Source: Balanoglossus misakiensis (Eukaryota > Animalia > Hemichordata). Taken from it: a stretch of DNA of 64,000 nucleotides. Of this stretch, positions 15,801-27,839 are shown piece by piece (the first letter of the stretch is position 1; the number at the start of each line of letters is the position of its first letter). The notes beneath the pieces were generated by a model. The model ran no database searches, was not told where the DNA came from, and saw nothing but the letters and a program-made list of their open reading frames with translations. The stretch covers positions 2,900,265-2,964,264 of the forward strand of contig CM082597.2 in NCBI GenBank assembly GCA_040954595.2. Direction: 5' to 3'. The translations under genes and the position numbers were made by a program.

Positions 15801-18521
15801 GAACGAACAGGTGAGCATGTACATTTCAAGTTCCAGAACGAGCTCAGCACTAGCAGCGTAAAACGTGGCGTGCAAGACATCGGCAGCTCGACACTAGCAT
15901 CACCTGATGCGCAAGGTCCAGGCGCATTCGATATGCAAATTACTTCATGGCGGTGTCTGAAAACTAGTCCGATAGCGGCCAATTTATTCTTTATCGTTCA
16001 TCAAGGACGTCGGGAAAAGGTGTATAATAATTAGGTTATTCACATAATAACGGGATTTATGTCCTCGTACATTGTACGCTTCAGTATTGTCCTCGACGCT
16101 GCGCGTCTCAGACAATACCTGCGCTGTACGATGTACATTTGTACTTGGACATAAATCCCGGTATTTTGTGAATAACCTTATATCATTATACATCTGGCAA
16201 GGAGAACAATAGAATTTAGTGTGCATTATAAAAGTCGTACGGAACGGTACGTACGGAACGCGTGTTAAATACGCCTTGAGTTTCAAGACGCCCTAACTCA
16301 CTGTGTACAGGTATGCGCTGTTATGCGGACGGTTTCAAGACACCCCCAGTCCAACGCACGTAAACAAAAAAGAAAGATGGCTGCTCACTGAGTCAACTGA
16401 GCGGTTTTTGATCGATTGTATCAGCATTTTGGGTGTTTTGAAAGCCAAGTAACATGCAACACAAGAACTAGCGGAGATGTAAGATGTATAATAAAAATTA
16501 GCGCAGCGCATCACCCTCCGCTACGCGTCGGGCGATGCGCTGCGCTAAATGTCCTCGTGCATACTTTGCGGTATTTTCATAATAACCTCATAATAATTTC
16601 ACCGTGCGCCAGAGCATATGGTGTTGTGGTGAACTAAGTTCTCGGCGCATTTTCGCAAATCGTACTGTTTTATAAGTATCCATCGATAACGCGTCATATT
16701 CGAGTGATTTGTCCCTATTTTAAAGCGAATACGAAACGTTATCGACCAAACTTCGTGTAACAACCCCTAAATATAGATAAAGGACATACATATACATCCA
16801 TTCACTCATGCCTATGTAACATGCATACCAATGTTCACACGTGTGCGCGCTCATACACACACAGACACAAACAAATCGGCACGACATTAGCTTAGTAATA
16901 CGTGTGTGTAAATATGGGAGGTAAAAATTACTGCCATACAAAAACCCGAAATCAATGGTTTCTCCTCTTAAAAACAGACAGATTAAATACATATCGTCCT
17001 TGCTATACTCGCATATAGGGTAGCATGGAGCATAAAAAAATTCAACATGAATACCAACTACACAGAAGAGGGTTTGCTTTGCAAGTTTAAATTGTTTGCT
17101 GTCAAACCATATTACCATTGTAAAATGTCATGGATCTATTATGTGATAATATAAATAAACTCACGTTTAACATCCAAAGATAAAGACTCACTAAATACGA
17201 CTGCCAATTCTGTTACTGCACACCAGTAGATACCTCTGTCCGCCACTTCAACATTATTTATGCGAAGGGAGAATTTGTTTACAATGTTATGTCGTGTAAA
17301 TGACGCATTTGTGTGTATATTGCCAAGTAGGTCCCGAAGTATTATTGATACAGAACTGCCGATATTTGGTCCGAAGTACCAACCAGGTGTTGGATTATTG
17401 AACCCTGAATAGTCACAGTACATAATCGCAGTTTCCTGCTCATAAACGGACACGTCATCACCAACTATTACCAATCTCTCGGCCCCTGAAAATGAAATGA
17501 GGTACACATATCAAATCGACTTAAGGATGTACGATCTGTAAAAATAAATATATTGTCATTTCTTTTAATTATGGATTTTTGGTGTTTTCCTTTGTAAGCA
17601 TTATCTTAACCTAATAAAAGAAAGGGGGCACCACGCTTGTTTTGAAATACAAGGAAGTAAATTTTGGCGATAATTGAAGAAACTGCCGAGTCGAGTCAGC
17701 ATTTTTCGCCACTGGTTTGTCAGGGCAAAACATTGAACGAAGTTTATCTCAAAATAGTGCGCGGTGAACATACAATTTTGTCTGATCAATGAATTTATAT
17801 TTACTTGACTGAGCTATGTGTAAAATTTCATTAACATGACAATAGAAGCAATTTGTTTTCTAGCAATCTCAATGTAATCCAAAGGGGAGAGAGACACATG
17901 CGCACATACTTAAAGGTTAAAAGACAAGAAACCAGACATCGTTGGTCGATTTTTCAAAATTTACTGAACAGCTTCTTTGAATATGGTCATATAAACGTTC
18001 TCTGTGAAAATTACAAAATTGATACCTAGGTTTCTGTAAACCATTACAAACGCAATATGGCACTTTGACGCATTTGATAGTATTATGCAATTCATTTGCA
18101 TTACGTTTGTGGGATACACAAGTCAACACATATCGTGTTTGTCTACTCGTTCTTTAAAAGCAGTCCTTTTAATCTCTGGTTGTCAAATTAATAGATGTGT
18201 GAGTTGTTTGTTAACAGTCATTTTTGTTCTAAAAAACACAAAAAATGACTAAATAATCCTCTCTTGGATATGTACGCTTTACGTCTACCATTTCTCTCCA
18301 CCTTCGAGATTTAGAAACCAATGGCAAGGTTTAGGCACAATACCAAGAGCGTTATAATAGTAATTGCTAAATGCTGTTATTATGACCCATCCTGTGTTAT
18401 AAAATGTATGTTCCCAATAGTCATCGTAAAAGTTTCCCAAGGCTTACTCACCTATAGTCTGGTATCTAGTAAGAGTAACCAAAGTCCATACAATCCAATA
18501 TGAGCAAACTGAATTAGCCAT
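814..18521 (-). CDS. Gene A: nephrin-like type I IgSF receptor (signal peptide, V-set, 6 further Ig, FN3, TM, ~270-aa Tyr/Pro/Lys-rich tail ending in two ITIMs); proximal-cassette isoform
   Basis: In-frame GT-AG exon chain read by hand: leader 18452-18521 (MANSVCSYWIVWTLVTLTRYQTI); V 17165-17485; Ig 13359-13640, 11873-12181, 8982-9308, 8410-8733, 6533-6859; I-set 5685-5987; FN3 4902-5186 (WVPGFDGG...LLPKTNYSV); micro-exon 4656-4676; TM 4061-4189; cytoplasmic 3545-3566, 2975-3087, 2347-2463, 2073-2156, 1416-1690, 814-999 (LTYADL...VAYAMV, stop). Ig C...W...C motifs are in the ORF track. Confidence 0.88.
3168..3338. mobile_element. TA-flanked MITE
   Basis: tactgtaaaatggaaaattttcacga ... tcgcgaaatttgcccgttttacagta imperfect TIRs. 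Confidence 0.7.
8190..8292. mobile_element. Palindromic MITE of a dispersed family (relatives near 16033-16178, 16500-16590, 20280-20370, 45345-45410, 28455-28480)
   Basis: aggttattacaaaaattccgcaaagtatgcacgaggacattagcgc..gcgctaatgtcctcgtgcatactttgcggaattttcgtgataacct is a near-perfect hairpin; the flank 7940-8190 also recurs at 16220-16500. Confidence 0.7.
10620..11131. mobile_element. Non-autonomous DNA transposon with TTAA target sites (Kolobok-like termini AGG...CCT)
   Basis: ttaa-aggcacgtaagctgcaact ... agttacagcttacgtgcct-ttaa: 19-bp TIR with one mismatch, flanked by TTAA. Confidence 0.8.
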
Positions 18522-19774
18522 TCCGCCTTGATTGACTGACAAAATTCATTCAGCCTTGAGCTTTAATTCTTGCACATCGCAACCCAAATAGTTTAACCAT
18601 CAACTCAGATCGCAATGCGCAGATGGGTCAGATCGGTGGCGCCCTTTAAACGGGCTGAACCGGCTATCTGTACATGCGTATTACAACTAGTCAGCAAGAT
18701 AAACCTTGTGGCACGTATTTATGATTGTATTAGTGGTTTAAACTTGCAAAGTGTTAACGGATAACATTCTCGTACAGTTATCGGCATGTCTTCCCACAGG
18801 TAAGTGCAAGATGAGATAGATTGTACCGTGTCAAACAACAAATACTTGCAACTATGTGGAGTGTGATTGTTGCGGTTGCCACTGCTAAACTAATTGTATA
18901 TAGGCTTGAAGAAAAAAACAGAGTATTCACAGACTTTTCCAATTACTCACAATTTTTTGTTTTGTTTGTTGACCAGCGGCACTTATGATTATATGGTTTC
19001 AGAAATAATAAAAATGATCATTTGTTCCGGAGGAACTGCATGTCTCATTGCATCACCATGCAATATAACTGCTTGCAGGATGTCAATACTAAAGAGAAAT
19101 CGCGGGAACGAACGGTTTATAAAAACATTCTGACCGAGGAATATTTCCCATAACAACCGTCTACGAGGCAATAATACATTCTGCTTGGTCTGTCCCAAGT
19201 CTCTGGATCGATTGTATCCACTTGGTATAAGGACTGTACTGTGGAACACATATGAACGTTAGTTCAGGCTGTGGTATGCCTGAAATGGCCGTGATTTTAT
19301 TACGGGTATTGCATTATTGGGCCATTATTTGGAACAATGAAAATGTACCTGTACGTATCAGTGTCCATTTTTGTGATGACCTGGCAGCCAATGTTTTTTT
19401 TTTCATGCATGGAAGTTCTTCTGACACGTTTCAACTGATTGTATTACAACTCCATACAAGAAAAGAGTAAGGCCAAAAAAGTAGATGGTTTCCCATCCCC
19501 GCGCGCGTCAATTTAGATTAACCCCGCACCAACCTCGTGTTTGGCATCTCAGGGGAAAATGGAAAAGGTGCACCAGTCCGTAGACAGGCGTCCTATAAAT
19601 AGCATCATAGCCTAGTAACATTCAGCACGCTGGTCGCAACACCTATCTAAACTTGAAAAAAGATGTAGCAACATTTGTTAGAGGTCATGCCATGTGTCCG
19701 CGCGTGTGCAGAATACTTGCTCATGGCAGATATCGATGTTCAGAGGCAATTAGAGATGTCAAAAAGTAGCAAAA
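16050..19774. repeat. Tandem segmental duplication copy 1 (intron, V exon, leader, promoter of gene A)
   Basis: Direct match to 19839-23324; ORF-track translations recur identically at a 3550-bp offset (e.g. 18321 vs 21871, 19252 vs 22802). Confidence 0.93.
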
Positions 19775-20472
19775 AAAGGCAGGCGTCTTTTTTATTTTGT
19801 TTTCAGTAGCAAAACATTAATTTCTCAATTCTATCAGGACGGGATTTATGTCCTCGTACATCGTACACTTCAGTATTGTCCTCGACGCTGCCCGTCTCAG
19901 ACAATACCTGCGCTGTACGATGTACTTGGACATAAATCCCGGTATTTTGTGAATAACCTTATATCATTATACATCTGGCACGGAGAACAATAGAATTTAG
20001 TGTGCATTATAAAAGTCGTACGGAACGGTACGTACGGAACGCGTGTTAAATACGCCTTGAGTTTCAAGGCGCTCCAACTCACTGTGTACAGGTATGCGCT
20101 GTTATGCGGACGGTTTCAAGACACCCCCACTCCAACACACGTAAACAAAAAAGAAAGATGGCTGCTCACTGAGTGAACTGAGCGGTTTTTGATCAATTGT
20201 ATCAGCATTTTGGGCGTTTTGAAAGCCAAGTAACATGCAACACAAGAACTAGCGGAGATGTAAGATGTATAATAAAAATTAGCGCAGCGCATCACCCTCC
20301 GCTACGCGTCGGGCGATGTGCTGCGCTAAATGTCCTCGTGCATACTTTGCGGTATTTTCGTAATAACCTCATAATAATTTCACCGCGCGCCAGAGCATAT
20401 GGTGTTGTGGTGAACTAAGTTCTCGGCGCATTTTCGCAAATCGTACTGTTTTATAAGTATCCATGTATGATA

Positions 20473-20580
20473 AAGGGGTTGTTACACTTAGTTTGGTCGA
20501 TAACGCGTCATATTCGAGTGATTTGTCCGTATTTTAATCGAATACGAAACGTTATCGACCAACTTCGTGTAACAACCCCT
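20473..20580. mobile_element. Small MITE-like hairpin, intact in duplication copy 2, left arm mostly missing in copy 1
   Basis: aggggttgttacacttagtttggtcgataacg ... cgttatcgaccaacttcgtgtaacaacccct. Confidence 0.55.
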
Positions 20581-20971
20581 AAATATAGATAAAGGACATA
20601 CATATACATCCATTCACTCATGCCTATGTAACATGCATACCAATGTTCACACGTGTGCGCGCTCATACACACACAGACACAAACAAATCGGCACGACATT
20701 AGCTTAGTAATACGTGTGTGTAAATACGGGAGGTAAAAATTACTGCCATACAAAAACCCGAAATCAACGGTTTCTCCTCTTAAAAACAGACGGATTAAAT
20801 ACATATCGTCGTTGCCATACTCACGTATAGCATGGAGCATAAAAAAATTCAACATGAATACCAACTACACAGAAGAGGATTTTCTTTGCAAGTTTAAATT
20901 GTTTGCTGTCAAACCATATTACCATTGTAAAATGTCATGGATCTAATATGTGATAATATAAATAAACTTAC

Positions 20972-22071
20972 GTTTAACATCCAAAGATAAAGACTCACTA
21001 ATTGCGATTGCCATTTCTGTTACTGCACACCAGTAGATACCTCTGTCAGCCACTTCAACATTATTTATGCGAAGGGAGAATTGGTTTACAATGTCATGTC
21101 GTGTAAATGACGCATTTGTGTGTTTATCACCACTTAGGTCCTGAATTATTATTGTTACTGCATTGCCAGTATTTAGTCCTAAGAACCAACCGGGTTGTGG
21201 ATTACTGAACCCTGAATAGTTACAGTACAAAATCACAGTTTCCTGTTCATAAACGGACACGTCATCACCAACTATTACCAATCTCTCGGCCCCTGAAAAT
21301 GAAATGAGGTACACATATCAAATCGACTTAAGGATGTGCGATCTGTAAAAATAAAAATATTGTCATTTCTTTTAATTATGGATTTTTGGTGTTTTCCTTT
21401 GTAAGCATTATCTTAATCTAATAAAAGAAAGGGGGCACCACGCTTGTTTTGAAATACAAGGAAGTAAATTTTGGTGATAATTGAAGAAACTGCCGAGTCG
21501 AGTCAGCATTTTTCGCCACTGGTTTGTCAGGGCAAAACATTGAACGAAGTTTATCTCAAAATAGTGCGCGGTGAACATACAATTTTGTCTGATCAATGAA
21601 TTTATATTTACTTGACTGAGCTATGTGTAAAATTTCATAAAATATGACAATAGAAGCAATTTTTTTTCTAGCAATCTCAATGTAATCCAAAGGGGAGAGA
21701 GTTTAACAAACAACTCACACATCTATTAATTTGTCAAATTAATAGATGTGCGAGTTGTTTGTTAACAGTCATTTTTGTTCTAAAAAACACAAAAATGACT
21801 AAATAATCCTCTCTTATGTACATACGCTTTACGTCTACCATTTCTCTCCACCTTCGAGATTTAGAAACCAATGGCAAGGTTTAGGCACAATACCAAGAGC
21901 GTTATAATAGTAATTGCTAAATGCTGTTATTATGACCCATCCTGTGTTATAAAATGTATGTTCCCAATAGTCATCGTAAAAGTTTCCCAAGGCTTACTCA
22001 CCTATAGTCTGGTATCTAGTAAGAGTAACCAAAGTCCATACAATCCAATATGAGCAAACTGAATTAGCCAT
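20972..22071 (-). CDS. Second (distal) leader + V-set cassette of gene A; probable alternative first exons
   Basis: Leader 22002-22071 is identical to 18452-18521. V exon 20972-21292 is open, 321 nt, phase 1-1, with intact ttcag acceptor and gtaagt donor. No constant Ig exons of its own lie between it and the proximal cassette. Confidence 0.75.
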
Positions 22072-23993
22072 TCCGCCTTGATTGACTGACAAAATTCATT
22101 CAGCCTTGAGCTTTAATTCTTGCACATCGCAACCCAAATAGTTTAACCATCAACTCAGATCGCAATGCGCAGATGGGTCAGATCGGTGGCGCCCTTTAAA
22201 CGGGCTGAACCGGCTATCTGTACATGCGTATTACAACTAGTCAGCAAGATAAACCTTGTGGCACGTATTTATGATTGTATTAGTGGTTTAAACTTGCAAA
22301 GTGTTAACGGATAACATTCTCGTACAGTTATCGGCATGTCTTCCCACAGGTAAGTGCAAGATGAGATAGATTGTACCGTGTCAAACAACAAATACTTGCA
22401 ACTATGTGGAGTGTGATTGTTGCGGTTGCCACTGCTAAACTAATTGTATATAGGCTTGAAGAAAAAAACAGAGTATTCACAGACTTTTCCAATTACTCAC
22501 AATTTTTTGTTTTGTTTGTTGACCAGCGGCACTTATGATTATATGGTTTCAGAAATAATAAAAATGATCATTTGTTCCGGAGGAACTGCATGTCTCATTG
22601 CATCACCATGCAATATAACTGCTTGCAGGATGTCAATACTAAAGAGAAATCGCGGGAACGAACGGTTTATAAAAACATTCTGACCGAGGAATATTTCCCA
22701 TAACAACCGTCTACGAGGCAATAATACATTCTGCTTGGTCTGTCCCAAGTCTCTGGATCGATTGTATCCACTTGGTATAAGGACTGTACTGTGGAACACA
22801 TATGAACGTTAGTTCAGGCTGTGGTATGCCTGAAATGGCCGTGATTTTATTACGGGTATTGCATTATTGGGCCATTATTTGGAACAATGAAAATGTACCT
22901 GTACGTATCAGTGTCCATTTTTGTGATGACCTGGCAGCCAATGTTTTTTTTTTCATGCATGGAAGTTCTTCTGACACGTTTCAACTGATTGTATTACAAC
23001 TCCATACAAGAAAAGAGTAAGGCCAAAAAAGTAGATGGTTTCCCATCCCCGCGCGCGTCAATTTAGATTAACCCCGCACCAACCTCGTGTTTGGCATCTC
23101 AGGGGAAAATGGAAAAGGTGCACCAGTCCGTAGACAGGCGTCCTATAAATAGCATCATAGCCTAGTAACATTCAGCACGCTGGTCGCAACACCTATCTAA
23201 ACTTGAAAAAAGATGTAGCAACATTTGTTAGAGGTCATGCCATGTGTCCGCGCGTGTGCAGAATACTTGCTCATGGCAGATATCGATGTTCAGAGGCAAT
23301 TAGAGATGTCAAAAAGTAGCAAAATGATTTGTTGAAACTATAGAAAAACAATATGAATGTAACAGTAATAGTAATATGCACAATTTCGTTGCGTGAACCA
23401 TCCTGGAAAATGGCATTTGTACCACAAAAACTGGAGTTTTGAATTGCTGTAGGTGTACGAATCCTGTAACTAGGCATGCGCAGTGTACAGTTCTGAAAGG
23501 CACACCACGTATTGTGATCCATCATGTTTATTTCCGTACTATGATGACTGAGGCCTTTTGGTCTAGTGGATGTAAATGCCTAGCGTTCTTTGACAGAAGT
23601 GTATCAAGACAAGAGGAGTGTTGTCCACTGGTGATCGATTTATCCTACCGAATGATTGCTAACAGTGCTGTGCATTTATCTCTGCATGCATTCCTATATT
23701 CTCATGTTGTTTGCGCGTTGTGTTGATGGTTTAAGCAAAAAAAAGCAAAAACAAAAAAAAACACAAAAAAACGTGTGACCGTATCATTTTTGCAAGATGC
23801 CTAGGATGAGCAACAAACGTTTTTCTGGCATTAGCTGCGGTGGGAGTTCTAAATCGAGAAGGTTTACCTATAGAGGGCGCCTTCCCGAAATGGATCGGAT
23901 GAAACTACCAAAGCATCGAGACTTAACACTTAACCAGTGACTTAACAACATAAAGCTACACACCCCTACTAGAAAATGGTATGAATTCTTGAC

Positions 23994-24029
23994 AGGTTGA
24001 CGGACGGAAGTAGGTTGACGGACGGAAGT
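23994..24029 (+). promoter_or_regulatory. Tandem 18-bp repeat with two ETS/GABP-type CGGAAGT sites, between genes A and B
   Basis: aggttgacggacggaagt x2, upstream of an acceptor (ttaatgcag, ~24524) that precedes gene B's ATG exon. Confidence 0.45.
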
Positions 24030-24540
24030 AGTAGCTCATACTCAATTTGATAGACTCCTCCGTTTACACTTCGGAGCCAAAAAACTAACGTGTAACCAAT
24101 GTGAATATTGTAGAGTATCCGTTTGCATCTGATAACTGAAAATGCAGGTCACATTAATACTGCCAGATTAACGGTTAGGGACTGTAGACAATAAGATTCC
24201 CACATATCTACAAATATCTAAACTGCTTTCTGGTTTAGGGGTTAAGAACATTAGCCTTCCTGAAAAAAACAATGTTAATTCTGCTCTCAGCTACTGTTTA
24301 GATGTAGAGACAGGCGGTAAACAACGGGATGCGAACAGCAGAGACCAAGAAAAGGCAATGGCACAAGGGTATCCGTCGTCGTTACAATATTACGTGGAAG
24401 CATCCTACTTGCATGTCTGTGGTGATTACATAATATTTATAATACAATATAGTAAATCTACCACTAAAAAATAATGACAAAATCTTGTATCCATGTTTTC
24501 CTTTTCTTCTCTTCTTTAATGCAGATATCAAAGGTATTAT

Positions 24541-27500
24541 ATGGATATATTAGGAATGTACTTCAAATTGAGTATTTTCGTGTTCTTCTTTGTAACTACA
24601 ACCAGGCCTGTTAAATCTGGTAAGTATTGACTGTCACAACTGCACTTATGCCGTTCTATGGTCACTACGCCGTACTCAATCAGTTATAGCGTCCTCGTCT
24701 TCATTTCGTTTTTTTTATTTATTACCCGATTAATTAGCGAGCTAAACTCACCAAAAACTAATAAGTTCCTATCCTTCACAAATAGAAGCTGTATACCATG
24801 CGCAATAGTCAGTAAAGCAAATACGCAACAGCTTCGCGGTCTGCTGCACGACCAGACTGATGTGACAATGAGACAAACAAACAGACAGACATCAGGCGAC
24901 AATCACACGCGCGGGAACACGTTGAATTGTTTAAATATCTTTGTGAAAGTGAAAAACATATTAAGCCATTCACACTTAAACACTGTAAAGAAGTTTGCAA
25001 ATATTGTCATCTAACTGTTCTTATTTTGATTATTTTTATGTTTTAGCATGTGACGTCAACGTCAACATCGAAGAACCAACAGTTAACGCAATCGAAAAAG
25101 ACAATGTTACATTGAGGTGCACTTATCAACTTGATAAGAGTACTTGTACTCAGGTAGAATTTTCTTGGGCAAATGCTGCTGGTGACGTCATTGCATACAA
25201 GCTTAATGAACTCGCCCCCACTTATTACGATGATTTTGGACGTTTTCGACTGGTGGAAAGTGGTTTAGATCTCCACATTGAGAGCGTTGAGGTTGGGGAT
25301 AATGACACATACACATGTTCTTTTGCGATCATATTCGGTGCACCTGATTCTGGTTCTGTTCAGCTAAATGTTCAAGGTATGTGTGCAATTTTATCTTCAA
25401 CACAGCTTAGAATAAATTGATCTGATTAAAAAGTTGAGATAAACATGTTGCAAGATCTGTTCACCTAATCATCATCATTACTCCGTCGAAATATATAAAG
25501 TGAACAACATCAGGTTTATAAATGTCCAACGAAGTACACAATACTGACTTACAGTACATTATCATTGAATAGGATTTGACAGATATATGCTCAAATTTCA
25601 AACACCAATGTCTTCGACATACATATACTAATATTTTACCTATGCTTACGTTAGCTGATCAACACAACATAGATCTGTATAGTCAGCATTGTTATTGTGC
25701 CAAATTTTATTTCAAGTCCAGACTAGAATTCATTTGTCAACAAAAACAATGGCAGTTACACATACAGGCTATGTCTGCCAAAATTTACCTTGGTCAAATG
25801 TCTGTCATGTTCATTCCTGTATAAAACACCTTCGGCAGACACAATTGGGGATGGTGTGATGTTTATGGTATAGTACGCATATACATTATCTATTGTCTGA
25901 TTCTTGTTTGTGCAACTTGTTTTGTGTTTAGCTATTCAGGCCACAACAACTCCGCTATTTATTGTATTCGAAAATCCAGTACCACTAAGAAGCAATGCAT
26001 CATTCAATTGCACATCGACGGGAATTCCGGATCCCGAATATAGATATTTAAAGGACGGGATTGAAATTCATGGGAACGACAAATATTTCTTCAGCGAAGA
26101 CAGAACGCAATTTACCATTTCATCGATTGAGATTGGTGACAAGGGAAGGTATACGTGCGTTGCAGACAATACCGCCAATCAGCCGTCATCTTCATTTATA
26201 GATCTTGAAATAGTTTCCGAACGTAAGTATTAAGACTTCATTTCAGAGTTAACTTAAACACACTTACATATTCATATTTATCATTCAACACCACCTGATG
26301 ATAACAATGGACGTTGAATATTGATACGTGTGAGCTATAAGTTCAGGGATAGTAATCATTCAAACACAGACACATTTAAAATTAACTGAATATGGGTTTT
26401 ACTGTGTAACACAGGGAGCTGTTACAAGTTGTAATACATGTATAATAACTATAATTAATCACTTTTATTTCAGGCATATTTAAAAAAAAAATCTGTCCAG
26501 AGGGAAAAAACATAAAAACACGGGGGAATAAAAAAGAAAACCCAGAAAGAAAATATGCACAACTCCAAAACTGCAGAATAAAGAAATAATACAAAGAGAA
26601 AAAAGAAATTAACATGATCTAAAAGACACAAAACTCTAAAAATACGAGATTGCAAACCAAAACACTGAGCGTCAGACATCAGTAAGATCTTGAAAAGACT
26701 ATTATTATGTCCGGAAGACATTCTTCCAATTTTGTCATTGTGCAGATTTAGTGTAATTATCATGGTTACTAATTCGACTTATTAATAAAATTGACAAATT
26801 AAACCATTAACACATTAAACACGTAGTATAAAATATTATAAATTCACACAAAAATGTTCTCGTAAGACTGAGGCTAGTAAATTGAATTTGATTTCTTTGC
26901 TAAACAACGCACGAATCTGCATCCACCTTTTATTGCCTACATAAGTATATAATATATATTCACGTATACATAGTTTGATCAAGACTGAAAAATGTGCTTA
27001 TCAATCAATAAATTATCACTGAATTCAGCTTTCTTGCAATGCATCGGATTCATGTTATCCTGTCCCATCTTTATGAAATCACTATTTGTAGTAGGTTCCA
27101 TGAGATTTGTTCAATAATTCCAGATTTATAGCAGTTATTGTTTCACCAATGTTAATGTGCTGGTTTTCGCTGATAAATTCAAGTTTATTGATTATTCATG
27201 AAAATAAATGTGGTAATTCTTATATTTGGATGTGGTTCTCCGTAATATATTTCTATAAGCCCAAAAGCTTATTACACCGTGCGTAATGATTGGTTGATAC
27301 TCTGTGACATGTTATAGAATAAAAAGTACTCAATCATTTGCTTGTATGGTTACATTTTCAGTGCAAGTGAATAGTCTGACGACCGGGGAGAAAGTCGCAA
27401 TAGGTGTGTCCGCTTTTATAGTTGCAATAATTATAGCTGTCATAATAATATTCGTGTACAAATATGTTAAGGTAAGTTTACTTGGCTCACAGTCACTCCA

Positions 27501-27839
27501 GCGCCTATCTAGTATATCATTTCTATTTTCCATTTATCTTTGTATTTTGAGGCTTCTTTACACAAATATCCTGTAGTAAAGGGTGCAATATATTGGAAAT
27601 TAGCAGATTTATTCCCATGCTGGCAGCGATAGTCTTACTCTGGTTACATAATGCAAAACCATTTATCACAACGAATAAGTTAAACATTATGCCTTGGTTT
27701 TAATTGTCGACATTGGGGTCCTGATTGTGTAGGTCCTGAAGATAAGGAACAATGTGATTATTTGCAATTAGACAACTATGTAGGAATTAACAATAATGTC
27801 TTTTTCATATGTTATGTTTTGTAGGGCAGAGGCAATTGA
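24541..27839 (+). CDS. Gene B: short IgSF membrane protein (signal peptide, V-set, C2/I-set, TM, ~8-aa tail), divergent from gene A
   Basis: Leader 24541/24556-24619 (MYFKLSIFVFFFVTTTRPVKS, gtaagt); V 25047-25376 (LRCTY..FSW..DNDTYTC); Ig 25932-26222 (FNCTSTGIPDP..DKGRYTC); TM 27362-27471; last exon 27825-27839 (GRGN-stop). Splice phases are compatible. Confidence 0.85.

Larger units (their letters stand above)
19839..23324. repeat. Tandem segmental duplication copy 2
   Basis: Direct match to 16050-19774; homology starts at acgggatttatg and ends at aaaaagtagcaaaa. Confidence 0.93.

Noticed and set aside
14520-15982. GC-richer intronic stretches with short ORFs between V1 and Ig2
   Set aside because: No Ig signature in the frames I read; not a further V cassette as far as I can see.
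18894-23020. Identical duplicated ORFs (18894/22444, 18989/22539, 19252/22802) as genes
   Set aside because: They are non-coding promoter-region sequence, repeated only because of the tandem duplication.
17165-25376. RAG-type recombination signals flanking the V exons
   Set aside because: V exons are complete, with G strand and normal splice donors; I saw no heptamer-spacer-nonamer or J segments, so there is no evidence of somatic rearrangement.
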